Source of the DNA: Pseudomonadota bacterium | GTDB lineage: Bacteria > Pseudomonadota > Gammaproteobacteria > Pseudomonadales > Halieaceae | Length of the DNA stretch: 32,000 nt | Direction of reading: 5' to 3' | NCBI GenBank assembly: GCA_039818725.1 | Contig: JBCBTK010000002.1 | Coordinates: forward strand, 256,817-288,816 | Part shown: positions 7,454 through 14,712 of the stretch, one piece after another | Layout of the letters: every line of letters starts with the position of its first letter | Numbering within the stretch: position 1 is the stretch's first letter | Program-made: the position numbers and the translations under genes | The notes under the pieces: model-generated | Databases searched by the model: none | What the model was told of the DNA's origin: nothing | What the model saw: only the letters and a program-made list of their open reading frames with translations

Positions 7454-8938
7454 TCATTCGCATCGGTCTTCGTTGCTGCGACGCAGCAGGTCGTGCTGTT
7501 CCAGTTTTTTGGCGGCTTCAAGCATAGCGTGCATGGGTAGCCCGGAACGTTCGGCGATATCGATAAGGCTATGCTGCCCATCAGAAAAATTGAGAAGCCA
7601 CAGCAGTGCCTGCTGAATGTCTTTCTCATCCTGCCCAAGTTCACCCGTCGAGTATAAGTTGTACTTCGACAACATGGGTTCGCCAAAGGGCCTGTTGCTT
7701 TCGAAAACAAGGTCGTGCTCAAGGGCTGCGACTACATCGGAAACCACGGCCAGAGACTCGAACAGCTGCTCAGGAGTAAGGAAAGTCGGATTGTCTGCCG
7801 AGGTGTGATACTCAGGATAGGTGTCGTAAGGAGCACGTGATAGGGATCCCACGGGCAGATTGACCCCCGGCGAGCAATACTGCCGCTCATCGTAGCCCAT
7901 GGGCACAAAGTCCTGCACGACATGGCTTCGCCGGTCTTTCAGAACGCGGGTAGCGATCCTGTCGATCGGCGTATTACCAGCCCGGCTTCGTTTATAGGTG
8001 AACGGACCGGGGCCTCCTACCCCTGCCAGCACCAGCCCGCCGTGGATGTTCTGCAGATGACTCTTGTTGTTGGAAAGCCAGCAAATCGTCCCAATCGTGG
8101 CGGGCACAAACAGGAACCGGTAGGAGAAGCGTGTATCCAGCCTTTGAAGTTCCCTCGCGAGGTACGCCGCGACGACCACCCCAGACAAGTTGTCATTTGC
8201 GAGCGACGGATGGCAAACGTGAGTGGATAGAAGAATCTCTTTTTGGCTACTCCCCGGCAGGTAGGCTTCGCCATAGGTCAGCGAACCTGGAGCCAGAGTC
8301 GAATCTATCACTACCCGGTACTTCTGCTGATCGTCCATGGACTCAAGGTCATTATGGCTCAGACAAAAGCCCCAGGTTTTTTGATAGTAGGAAGTTCTAT
8401 AGGGAATCAGGTCGGGTTGTTCTGGAAGAGTGTGTAGATGTGGTTTGAGTTCTCCCAGGGTCATCCAGGCGTCGACGGGAGCGCTGTAATTGACAACGTG
8501 CAAGTTATGACGCTTGAAATCGACCAACCGTGTTTCCTTCGCGTCGGCGATATAGGCATCCCGGATTTGCCACTCGTTCGGGACCTTCCAGTCGAAAACC
8601 CGCGTACCCGTTGGTACCTCAGTGATCTTGAGCGGTACTATTTCCTTGATCACATCCAGGGTCGCTCGAACACCGGGGCCAGTGATGCTTCGGCAGATTG
8701 GGTAGAGGTCAACGAGTGTTTGATAGAGCCGAGACGGAAGGCGGGAACACAGTCCGGTTGCAAGTGCAGACGGAGGTCCAACTACTGTGTCAGACACACC
8801 TCCGGACAGGTGTTCATACGATGCCCCAGGCGGTGCATCAGGCGATGCTCCAGGCGATGCTCCAGACAGGGGATCAGGTGAGCGTCCGGGCGATGTACGC
8901 TCTTCCTTGGCTGCAGCTTCTGGCCGTTTGTGCGTCAA
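7454..8938 (-). CDS. DUF4910 / aminopeptidase-like (COG4310-type) protein with C-terminal winged-helix region; function unknown
   Basis: LVDLYPICRSITGPGVRATLDVIKEIVPLKITEVPTGTRVFDWKVPNEWQIRDAYI resembles the polysaccharide-cluster aminopeptidase-like family, followed by an M28-like core. The start is uncertain: TTG at 8938 with no SD. The first ~60 aa are a Pro/Ser/Gly-rich extension and contain no in-frame ATG. Confidence 0.7.
   Translation of the reverse strand: MTHKRPEAAAKEERTSPGRSPDPLSGASPGASPDAPPGASYEHLSGGVSDTVVGPPSALATGLCSRLPSRLYQTLVDLYPICRSITGPGVRATLDVIKEIVPLKITEVPTGTRVFDWKVPNEWQIRDAYIADAKETRLVDFKRHNLHVVNYSAPVDAWMTLGELKPHLHTLPEQPDLIPYRTSYYQKTWGFCLSHNDLESMDDQQKYRVVIDSTLAPGSLTYGEAYLPGSSQKEILLSTHVCHPSLANDNLSGVVVAAYLARELQRLDTRFSYRFLFVPATIGTICWLSNNKSHLQNIHGGLVLAGVGGPGPFTYKRSRAGNTPIDRIATRVLKDRRSHVVQDFVPMGYDERQYCSPGVNLPVGSLSRAPYDTYPEYHTSADNPTFLTPEQLFESLAVVSDVVAALEHDLVFESNRPFGEPMLSKYNLYSTGELGQDEKDIQQALLWLLNFSDGQHSLIDIAERSGLPMHAMLEAAKKLEQHDLLRRSNEDRCE
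8817..8864. repeat. 12-bp tandem repeat, 4 units (two identical), encoding (GASP/DAPP)n
   Basis: tacgatgcccca, ggcggtgcatca, ggcgatgctcca, ggcgatgctcca. On the minus strand this reads ...SGASPGASPDAPPGAS... in the 5' extension of the DUF4910 ORF. Confidence 0.85.
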
Positions 8939-9083
8939 AAGGGCTTTTGTTTCGCAATCTCAATGCCATTAAACATAACATGCAAGGATTGATGCACAAG
9001 AAGTTCGGGTTTGCTGAGCAGGACCTGGACGGCACTCTCTTCCCGAGTGTGAAAGGGCACGACTGACTAAGTGGGCAACAGCT

Positions 9084-9998
9084 ATGCAGGTCGTTCAGCT
9101 TTCCAGTGAAAAAGTGACTCCGGCGGCAGCGATCGCCGTGTTCGCTCACAACGAGGAAGCGTACATAAAGACGGCGCTGGAGAGCCTGTGCCCTGGTGAA
9201 AGCTCCGGCGGCCTGCGAATCTATGTCATGGCAAACGGGTGCACCGATGCCACGGCAGAGGTGGTTAAAGGTTGTGCCGGGGCTCTGCCTGATCTGTGGT
9301 TGGTCGAATCCGCTATAGGCGATAAAGCCAGTGCTTGGAATGAGTTTGTCCACGATGTGCTGACGGACCAGCTGCTGCGGGGTCTCCGTCAGTGCTTTTT
9401 CATGGATGGAGATGTTTGGCTGCGCCCTGGTGCCTTGAAAAAGCTGGCGGCGTTCCTTGAGGAAAAAACGGACCTGGATGCCGTCGGCGCGATGCCCGCT
9501 ACGGGAAGAGATCGCGATGGCTGGCGACGCAGGATGTACGAGAATGGCGTGCTGGCCGGCAATTGCTATGCGCTCCGAGCCGAGTTCATAGAGCAGCTAC
9601 GTCGGCAGGCCGTGCGCATGCCCAAAGGCCTCATTGGAGAGGACTTTCTGGTGTCGTGGCTGGTCGCCAGTGACGACTGGCGTCTCGTCGATGGAAGCCA
9701 CGACCGGCCGCGCTGCGGATTCAATCATCTGGCGGAGTTCGCCTTCAGATCTCTATCGCCCTGGAGTCTGTCCGACTGGCGAACCCATTTTCGGCGTCGT
9801 TGGCGCTACGCACTCCGAAACGTCCAGCATCACATGCTGGTGCTTCTGATCAGGGAACAGGGGATAGCGGGTATGCCTCGGGATGTCGATGAGCTGTACG
9901 CTCGGGCCCCGATGCCACATCGACCACACGGACCAGGACGACCCTCACTCTGGGATCGAGCTGCGGTGCGGTGGATTCGCTCCAAGCGAGCCGTCTGA
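9084..9998 (+). CDS. GT-A fold (GT2-like) glycosyltransferase
   Basis: AIAVFAHNEEAYIKTALESL, IYVMANGCTDATAEVV and FFMDGDVWL (DxD-like). 304 aa. It is divergent from the DUF4910 gene. Assignment rests on motifs only. Confidence 0.65.
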   Translation: MQVVQLSSEKVTPAAAIAVFAHNEEAYIKTALESLCPGESSGGLRIYVMANGCTDATAEVVKGCAGALPDLWLVESAIGDKASAWNEFVHDVLTDQLLRGLRQCFFMDGDVWLRPGALKKLAAFLEEKTDLDAVGAMPATGRDRDGWRRRMYENGVLAGNCYALRAEFIEQLRRQAVRMPKGLIGEDFLVSWLVASDDWRLVDGSHDRPRCGFNHLAEFAFRSLSPWSLSDWRTHFRRRWRYALRNVQHHMLVLLIREQGIAGMPRDVDELYARAPMPHRPHGPGRPSLWDRAAVRWIRSKRAV

Positions 9999-10109
9999 AC
10001 CTGGCGTTTAGGCCGGTTGCAGAAGTGGACGCCCAATTCAGTCCTGGGGACGCGTGCAGGGCGCCGTTCGTTGAAGAACAAGGTTGCTGTTAACGACCCG
10101 GCGCCTTGC

Positions 10110-11009
10110 TTAGCCAAACAGCAGGCGAGTGATTCGACTAAAAATCTGATGCCTCAGGTACAACACTCTGCGGAACAGATACAGCCATACCAGAACCTTT
10201 TCCCGGAATTCTATGGGGGCATGCCAAGTCGTAACGAAACGACGGGAGTGCAGTTTGATACGCTTTACAAAGGTTGGTTCTCGCGAGACATCGCGAGCCA
10301 CAGCCGTGTTCGCGCTCATCAAAAGACTCGATGTTTCCGTATCAAAGCGTCGCACGAAAAGCCGGCCAGGGGCTTCAATGAATTTACCGCGCAATGACAG
10401 CTCAGCCACCATACTTATGTCCGATCCAGGAAGCGGCTGGTGCAGGCTGGTTTCTCGAAGTGCGGAGCTGCGGATCACTCCATGCATAAGATTGTTTATG
10501 CGCTCCCGTTCCAAATAGGCCTTAAACCTGTCAGATGGCCGGTCGTAATCCAGATTGAAGTCGTCCAGATACTCGACGGCGATGTCTTCTCCATTGGCAT
10601 CTTTGAGTAATAGGTAAGCCTGGGTGTAGGTCAGAACCGCGTCGTCATTGGCTTGAAGGACTTCCATGCAGCTCTCCAGGAATCCCTCAAGACAAAAATC
10701 ACTATCCGCCGCCCATTTAAAGAACTCCCCGCGAGAAAGTTCGAACACGCGGTCGAAGTTGGCGAACTGGCCGATGTTCTCAGTGTTACGGTAGTAGCGG
10801 ATTCGTGAGTCTTTGGATACGGCCTCGCGACAGATCCTCTCCGTTTCATCGTTGGAGGCATTGTCGGAAATGATGAGCTCGAGATCGGTGAAGCTCTGTT
10901 CGACGATGGACTGAATCGCCTCGCCGATCCATTTACCGCCGTTGTAGACAGGCAGGCCGACGCTAAGCGTCGGTGCTGCGCCACTTTCCGGGGCCTCGTT
11001 TATTTTCAT
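10110..11009 (-). CDS. Family 2 glycosyltransferase
   Basis: LSVGLPVYNGGKWIGEAIQSIVEQSFTDLELIISDNASNDETERICREAVSKDSRIRYYRNTENIGQFANFDRV is the canonical GT2 N-terminal domain and is paralogous to 1..229. Confidence 0.85.
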   Translation of the reverse strand: MKINEAPESGAAPTLSVGLPVYNGGKWIGEAIQSIVEQSFTDLELIISDNASNDETERICREAVSKDSRIRYYRNTENIGQFANFDRVFELSRGEFFKWAADSDFCLEGFLESCMEVLQANDDAVLTYTQAYLLLKDANGEDIAVEYLDDFNLDYDRPSDRFKAYLERERINNLMHGVIRSSALRETSLHQPLPGSDISMVAELSLRGKFIEAPGRLFVRRFDTETSSLLMSANTAVARDVSREPTFVKRIKLHSRRFVTTWHAPIEFREKVLVWLYLFRRVLYLRHQIFSRITRLLFG

Positions 11010-11446
11010 TCGGAAGAAAAGCTGTCAAACGCGAATAGAGTTGTTTACATCTTGTTTTCGGCCGCGGCATCGCCCTAGCGGATATCAACCCGATTATCGA
11101 TCGATCCCGTGCCTTCGGGTCCCGAGCCGCTGCCCACAATACGCCGAAGCATAATCAACACGTTCATCCACACATCACGCTCCCGATTTATCTGAAGCAG
11201 ATTTCAGTGTTTGCTATCGCTTCGGGGTTGGAAAGCGGCGCCGATATCGGTGCTGGCGTCTCAGCCGGGTGGTGCCCAAACTCCCGTGATAACGCAGATG
11301 ATAAGCAGCGAGTTCTGCGAGTCAGCTGCCAGCCTTGGAACCACGCAAAAGAGCGGCAGAAAAAGACCACAAGCAGGCGAGTAGCAGTCTTGTTCACAGA
11401 CCGGTCCCAAGTGATGCCAGGCGCGAGAGCCTAACATAGGAGCACG

Positions 11447-11761
11447 GTGGGCAGCAGACTGCTGCAGGCTTCGAACCGTGACCCGCTCTGGGCCGTGACT
11501 TGCCTATCCAGCGGTAGCGTCCTGTTTCAAAGTGCACGCCTGCTATATGGCATTGCCGCTCACGTGCTGACACTGATTGCTTTGTGTGGATCAGTAGTCT
11601 GGCCTTTGGGTCTAATTTCTACCAACCCAGGGGCGACAATCGCAGGCTTTGCGGTCACGATGCTGGCGAAAGCCTGGTTTGTCGATCGCGTGGTGTGGAT
11701 ATTCGAAGACATGAAAAGTGTTGATCCGCGCTATGCAAGCTGGATTCGCTCCAGCTCCTGA
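11447..11761 (+). CDS. Hypothetical small membrane protein (two predicted TM helices)
   Basis: GTG start with AGGAG 5 nt upstream. Hydrophobic stretches are IAAHVLTLIALCGSVVWPLGLI and ATIAGFAVTMLAKAWF. It ends 6 nt before the next ORF. I recognise no family. Confidence 0.45.
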   Translation: MGSRLLQASNRDPLWAVTCLSSGSVLFQSARLLYGIAAHVLTLIALCGSVVWPLGLISTNPGATIAGFAVTMLAKAWFVDRVVWIFEDMKSVDPRYASWIRSSS

Positions 11762-11767
11762 TCTGAG

Positions 11768-12715
11768 ATGAATCTCGTTAAAGCAGGTCCCAGACGGATG
11801 TTCGTTAAACTCATAGACCGCAGTCTTCGGTGCTTGCCCATGCTCGAGTCGCTCAGCTCTGCATTGAAAAATCAGGTTGATTGGCCGCACCCAGAATTTA
11901 CGGGTGTTGCGTCGATTAAGTCGCGAAGCGCTCGCGTAACTGCTTTGTTCGTTACTTTGTGCCCCTCGTTTGCCTGCAGTGATGAGAGAGACGACATCGC
12001 GCAGCAGTTGGCCAATCCCGTGGCCTCGCTGATCAGCGTGCCACTACAGCTGAACTACGATGAGAAATTCGGCGCTGACGCCAAAGGCACGCTGCTTCGC
12101 CTGAATGTACAGCCTGTGATTCCCATCGGGTTGAACGATGACTGGAATCTGATATCACGGACCATCCTGCCGGTGGTTAATCAGCAGGACTTTCCGGTTC
12201 CCGGCTACAGTGAATGGGGCCTTAGCGATACAGTGCAAAGCCTGTTCTTTTCTCCGAAGGAGCCGACATCCAACGGCTGGATTTGGGGAGCGGGTCCCGC
12301 GTTCTTGATACCTACGGCTACGGACGAGTTTCTGGGCACAGAGAAGTGGGGCGCCGGTCCGACTGCGGTAGCGCTGAAGCAATCCGGGCCGTGGACTTAT
12401 GGCGGTCTGACCAACCATATCGAATCATTCGCCGGGGAAAGTGGACGCGCGGATATCAGCGCCACATTTCTACAGCCCTTTCTGACTTACATTACGCCCG
12501 CGAAGACGACCTTCGCTCTAAATACCGAGTCAACCTACGATTGGGAAGCCCAGGAGTGGTCGGTGCCGATCAATTTCACGGTTAGCCAGCTACTGCAGAT
12601 GAGGGGTCAGATCGTTTCCGTCGGTGCGGGCGTTCGCTATTGGGCTACGTCACCCGATTCCGCCGCCGATGGTTGGGGCGTGAGACTCATCTTTACACTG
12701 GTGTATCCACGCTAG
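11768..12715 (+). CDS. Putative outer-membrane beta-barrel protein (transporter-like family with the N-terminal LANPVASLISVPLQLNYD motif)
   Basis: Alternating beta-strand pattern, aromatic-rich, and it ends ...IFTLVYPR. It resembles uncharacterised OM 'transporter / MetA-pathway-like' barrels. The start is uncertain (ATG 11768, 11798 or 11840). A signal-like segment, RSARVTALFVTLCPSFA, precedes the mature region. Confidence 0.55.
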   Translation: MNLVKAGPRRMFVKLIDRSLRCLPMLESLSSALKNQVDWPHPEFTGVASIKSRSARVTALFVTLCPSFACSDERDDIAQQLANPVASLISVPLQLNYDEKFGADAKGTLLRLNVQPVIPIGLNDDWNLISRTILPVVNQQDFPVPGYSEWGLSDTVQSLFFSPKEPTSNGWIWGAGPAFLIPTATDEFLGTEKWGAGPTAVALKQSGPWTYGGLTNHIESFAGESGRADISATFLQPFLTYITPAKTTFALNTESTYDWEAQEWSVPINFTVSQLLQMRGQIVSVGAGVRYWATSPDSAADGWGVRLIFTLVYPR

Positions 12716-12757
12716 CTACGGAGCGTCCGCTGGCGAGCTTTTCAATTGCTCGTCAAC

Positions 12758-13384
12758 TCACGGCCCCCGGGGTGCCCCCATCATCATGTTGTAGCGCCAT
12801 ATACCCAGCAGGCCGCGCTTTTCGCGGTAGTGGCTCAACTCACCAAGCTGCAGCATGGCTTCCAGAAGCTGCGACTCCATGCGCACGTGGTTCATCGCCA
12901 TCCAGCGCCGGAACCAGGCGAACGGCGAATTGTGGAAGTCCACCACGCAGACGACACCATCAGGAGCGATGGCCCGATGTGCCGTCTCCAGACAGGTGTC
13001 GTAGCCCGGATTGAACATACTGAGCGCGTAGGAGAAGAGGATCACGTCCGGTTTGCCCATGGATTCCAGCGCTGCATCCACTTCGGACGAGGGATACATG
13101 CCTTCGATCCAGCGGATATTCAGGGCGCCCGCCTTGCCGCGGGCGATACGCAGCATGTCCGCCGACGCATCCACACCCACACACTGGGCGTCGGGGATTC
13201 GTTTTTTCAATTCGATCAGGTTCTTGCCCGTACCACAGCCGATTTCCAGGACCCGGCGGGGCTGCCGTTCCGCGATGTGCGCTACCAGTGCACGCCGACC
13301 GAACAGAAAGGTCCAGCGGGTGAGGTCGTAGATTCGGGCGTGAAAGCGGTAGTAAGCGTTTGTGTTATCTCCAAGCGTCTTCAC
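12758..13384 (-). CDS. btaB: Class I SAM-dependent methyltransferase, BtaB-like
   Basis: VLEIGCGTGKNL (motif I) and DVILFSYALSM. About 210 aa and directly downstream of a DUF3419 gene. I prefer GTG at 13384, which overlaps the upstream TGA (GTGA at 13381-13384), over the track ATG at 13408. Confidence 0.65.
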   Translation of the reverse strand: MKTLGDNTNAYYRFHARIYDLTRWTFLFGRRALVAHIAERQPRRVLEIGCGTGKNLIELKKRIPDAQCVGVDASADMLRIARGKAGALNIRWIEGMYPSSEVDAALESMGKPDVILFSYALSMFNPGYDTCLETAHRAIAPDGVVCVVDFHNSPFAWFRRWMAMNHVRMESQLLEAMLQLGELSHYREKRGLLGIWRYNMMMGAPRGP

Positions 13385-14550
13385 GCGTGGACTACACCGA
13401 GGTGGCAACTCGCGTAGGTGCCCACACGATCGGAGGCGTGGAGTTCGCGAGCCCGATCGTTCCGCCAGGAAAGCCAGCCGTCAACATTTGGCGCGCAGAA
13501 GTCCACCTCAAGCCCCGCGGAGCGCATGAGGACCCGGGTCCCAGGCTGGGCATGGGCCCGAATCTCCCGCCACTCCTCTTCGAGAAGTTCCGGGCGATAC
13601 CAGGCGAGCCAGTCCTGGTGATCGAGCAGCACGAAGTGAGAAAAACTTTCCGGCCGTTCCTTCAGGTAGTCGCTGAAGCTTGTCGTATGGGCTGACAGGC
13701 GTTCGAGACGATTGCGGATCAGCTCGTGGTTTTCTTCCTTGAGGTACTCCGGGCAGCATGTGGGCGTGTACTCACCGCGCAGATAGACCCGCCAGAAGTA
13801 GTTGTCCGAGAGACTGATCTGCGTGAAGACATTGCGCAGACAACCGCGAACAAAAGACACCAGCCCACCGGGCGTATCCCGGTTGATGAGATCCAGCTGC
13901 GCCCGGGGTACGCCCACCATATTCATGATCATCGGCGACCTGAGCAGCGCTTCGATGACCCTGTTCCACAGCCGCTCTTCAATCCGGAAATACAGGGCCC
14001 GCTGCTCCGCGAGGTTCTCCGTCTCCAGCAGTTCATAGACCTCGTGCCGGACCCGGGGCTTGAGCCTGAAGAACAGGTTCTTCAACAACCAGGCGGCGAG
14101 GCCGGATGACCCGCGATAGTAAAAGCTTCGACGCAGGGCCCGGTCAAAGAGCTGGTCTATGCGCTTGTCCCAGTAGTGCTGCGCGTACTCGGGCATCGAT
14201 GAGCGAAAACCCCGGTACAGCTCTCCAGCCCGCGGGTGAAAGCCCTTCCCAAACCACTGGAAGAGATCGTCGTATTCAAGATGCAGGATCACCGCCCGCT
14301 TCAGTTCAAGCAGAGCGTTCTGGCGGTGGTTGAGATCAACGCAAACGACCTCATCGGGATCGTCCAGCAAATACTCAATGGCGTTGCAGCCCGCACTTGT
14401 GATCATCATCGCGCGTGAACCAGGTTCGAGCTGGAGCAGCTCGCGATCGATGCGAGGATCTTCCCAACAGGTGTTGTAGATCAGCTGCGAGCTATGGACC
14501 TTGGTAAAGATGTAGTTGCCCGTAGACTTTGCTTTGCCTGGGTGCGCCAT
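13381..14550 (-). CDS. btaA: DUF3419 family protein, BtaA-like (S-adenosylmethionine:diacylglycerol 3-amino-3-carboxypropyl transferase)
   Basis: LIYNTCWEDPRIDRELLQLEPGSRAMMITSAGCNAIEYLL is the hallmark N-terminal DUF3419/BtaA motif. 389 aa and followed by a small methyltransferase, as in the Rhodobacter sphaeroides btaA-btaB pair. Confidence 0.7.
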   Translation of the reverse strand: MAHPGKAKSTGNYIFTKVHSSQLIYNTCWEDPRIDRELLQLEPGSRAMMITSAGCNAIEYLLDDPDEVVCVDLNHRQNALLELKRAVILHLEYDDLFQWFGKGFHPRAGELYRGFRSSMPEYAQHYWDKRIDQLFDRALRRSFYYRGSSGLAAWLLKNLFFRLKPRVRHEVYELLETENLAEQRALYFRIEERLWNRVIEALLRSPMIMNMVGVPRAQLDLINRDTPGGLVSFVRGCLRNVFTQISLSDNYFWRVYLRGEYTPTCCPEYLKEENHELIRNRLERLSAHTTSFSDYLKERPESFSHFVLLDHQDWLAWYRPELLEEEWREIRAHAQPGTRVLMRSAGLEVDFCAPNVDGWLSWRNDRARELHASDRVGTYASCHLGVVHA

Positions 14551-14712
14551 GATTCGACGTAAACCTGTGCTGGAATTTTCGGCGCCCCGAACCTAACCCA
14601 AATTGCATGTCAGACGCTATCTCCGAACAAATCCACCAAACGACCTGAACAAGCTCGCGTATCGCCGCTCAACGGAGCGTGTACACTGCTCCTTGGCGGG
14701 AGGAGGTCCACC

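Noticed and set aside
8438-9353. Several 60-160-aa ORFs (8438..8881 +, 8698..9066 +, 8874..9353 -) around the DUF4910 5' end and the GT-A gene start
   Set aside because: They overlap better-supported genes in other frames or strands and have no motifs. Their composition reflects the repeats and antisense coding.
10057-10108. 10-bp inverted repeat (CAGGGCGCCG ... CGGCGCCTTG) between the convergent GT2-like genes, considered as a bidirectional terminator
   Set aside because: The loop is 32 nt and no U-tract lies on either side. It may still form a structure, but it does not meet intrinsic-terminator criteria.
14551-14712. Possible Pho box upstream of btaA
   Set aside because: Only one heptamer (CTGACAT, 6/7 match to CTGTCAT) is present. 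The positions 11 bp upstream and downstream do not match, so the required direct-repeat pair is absent.
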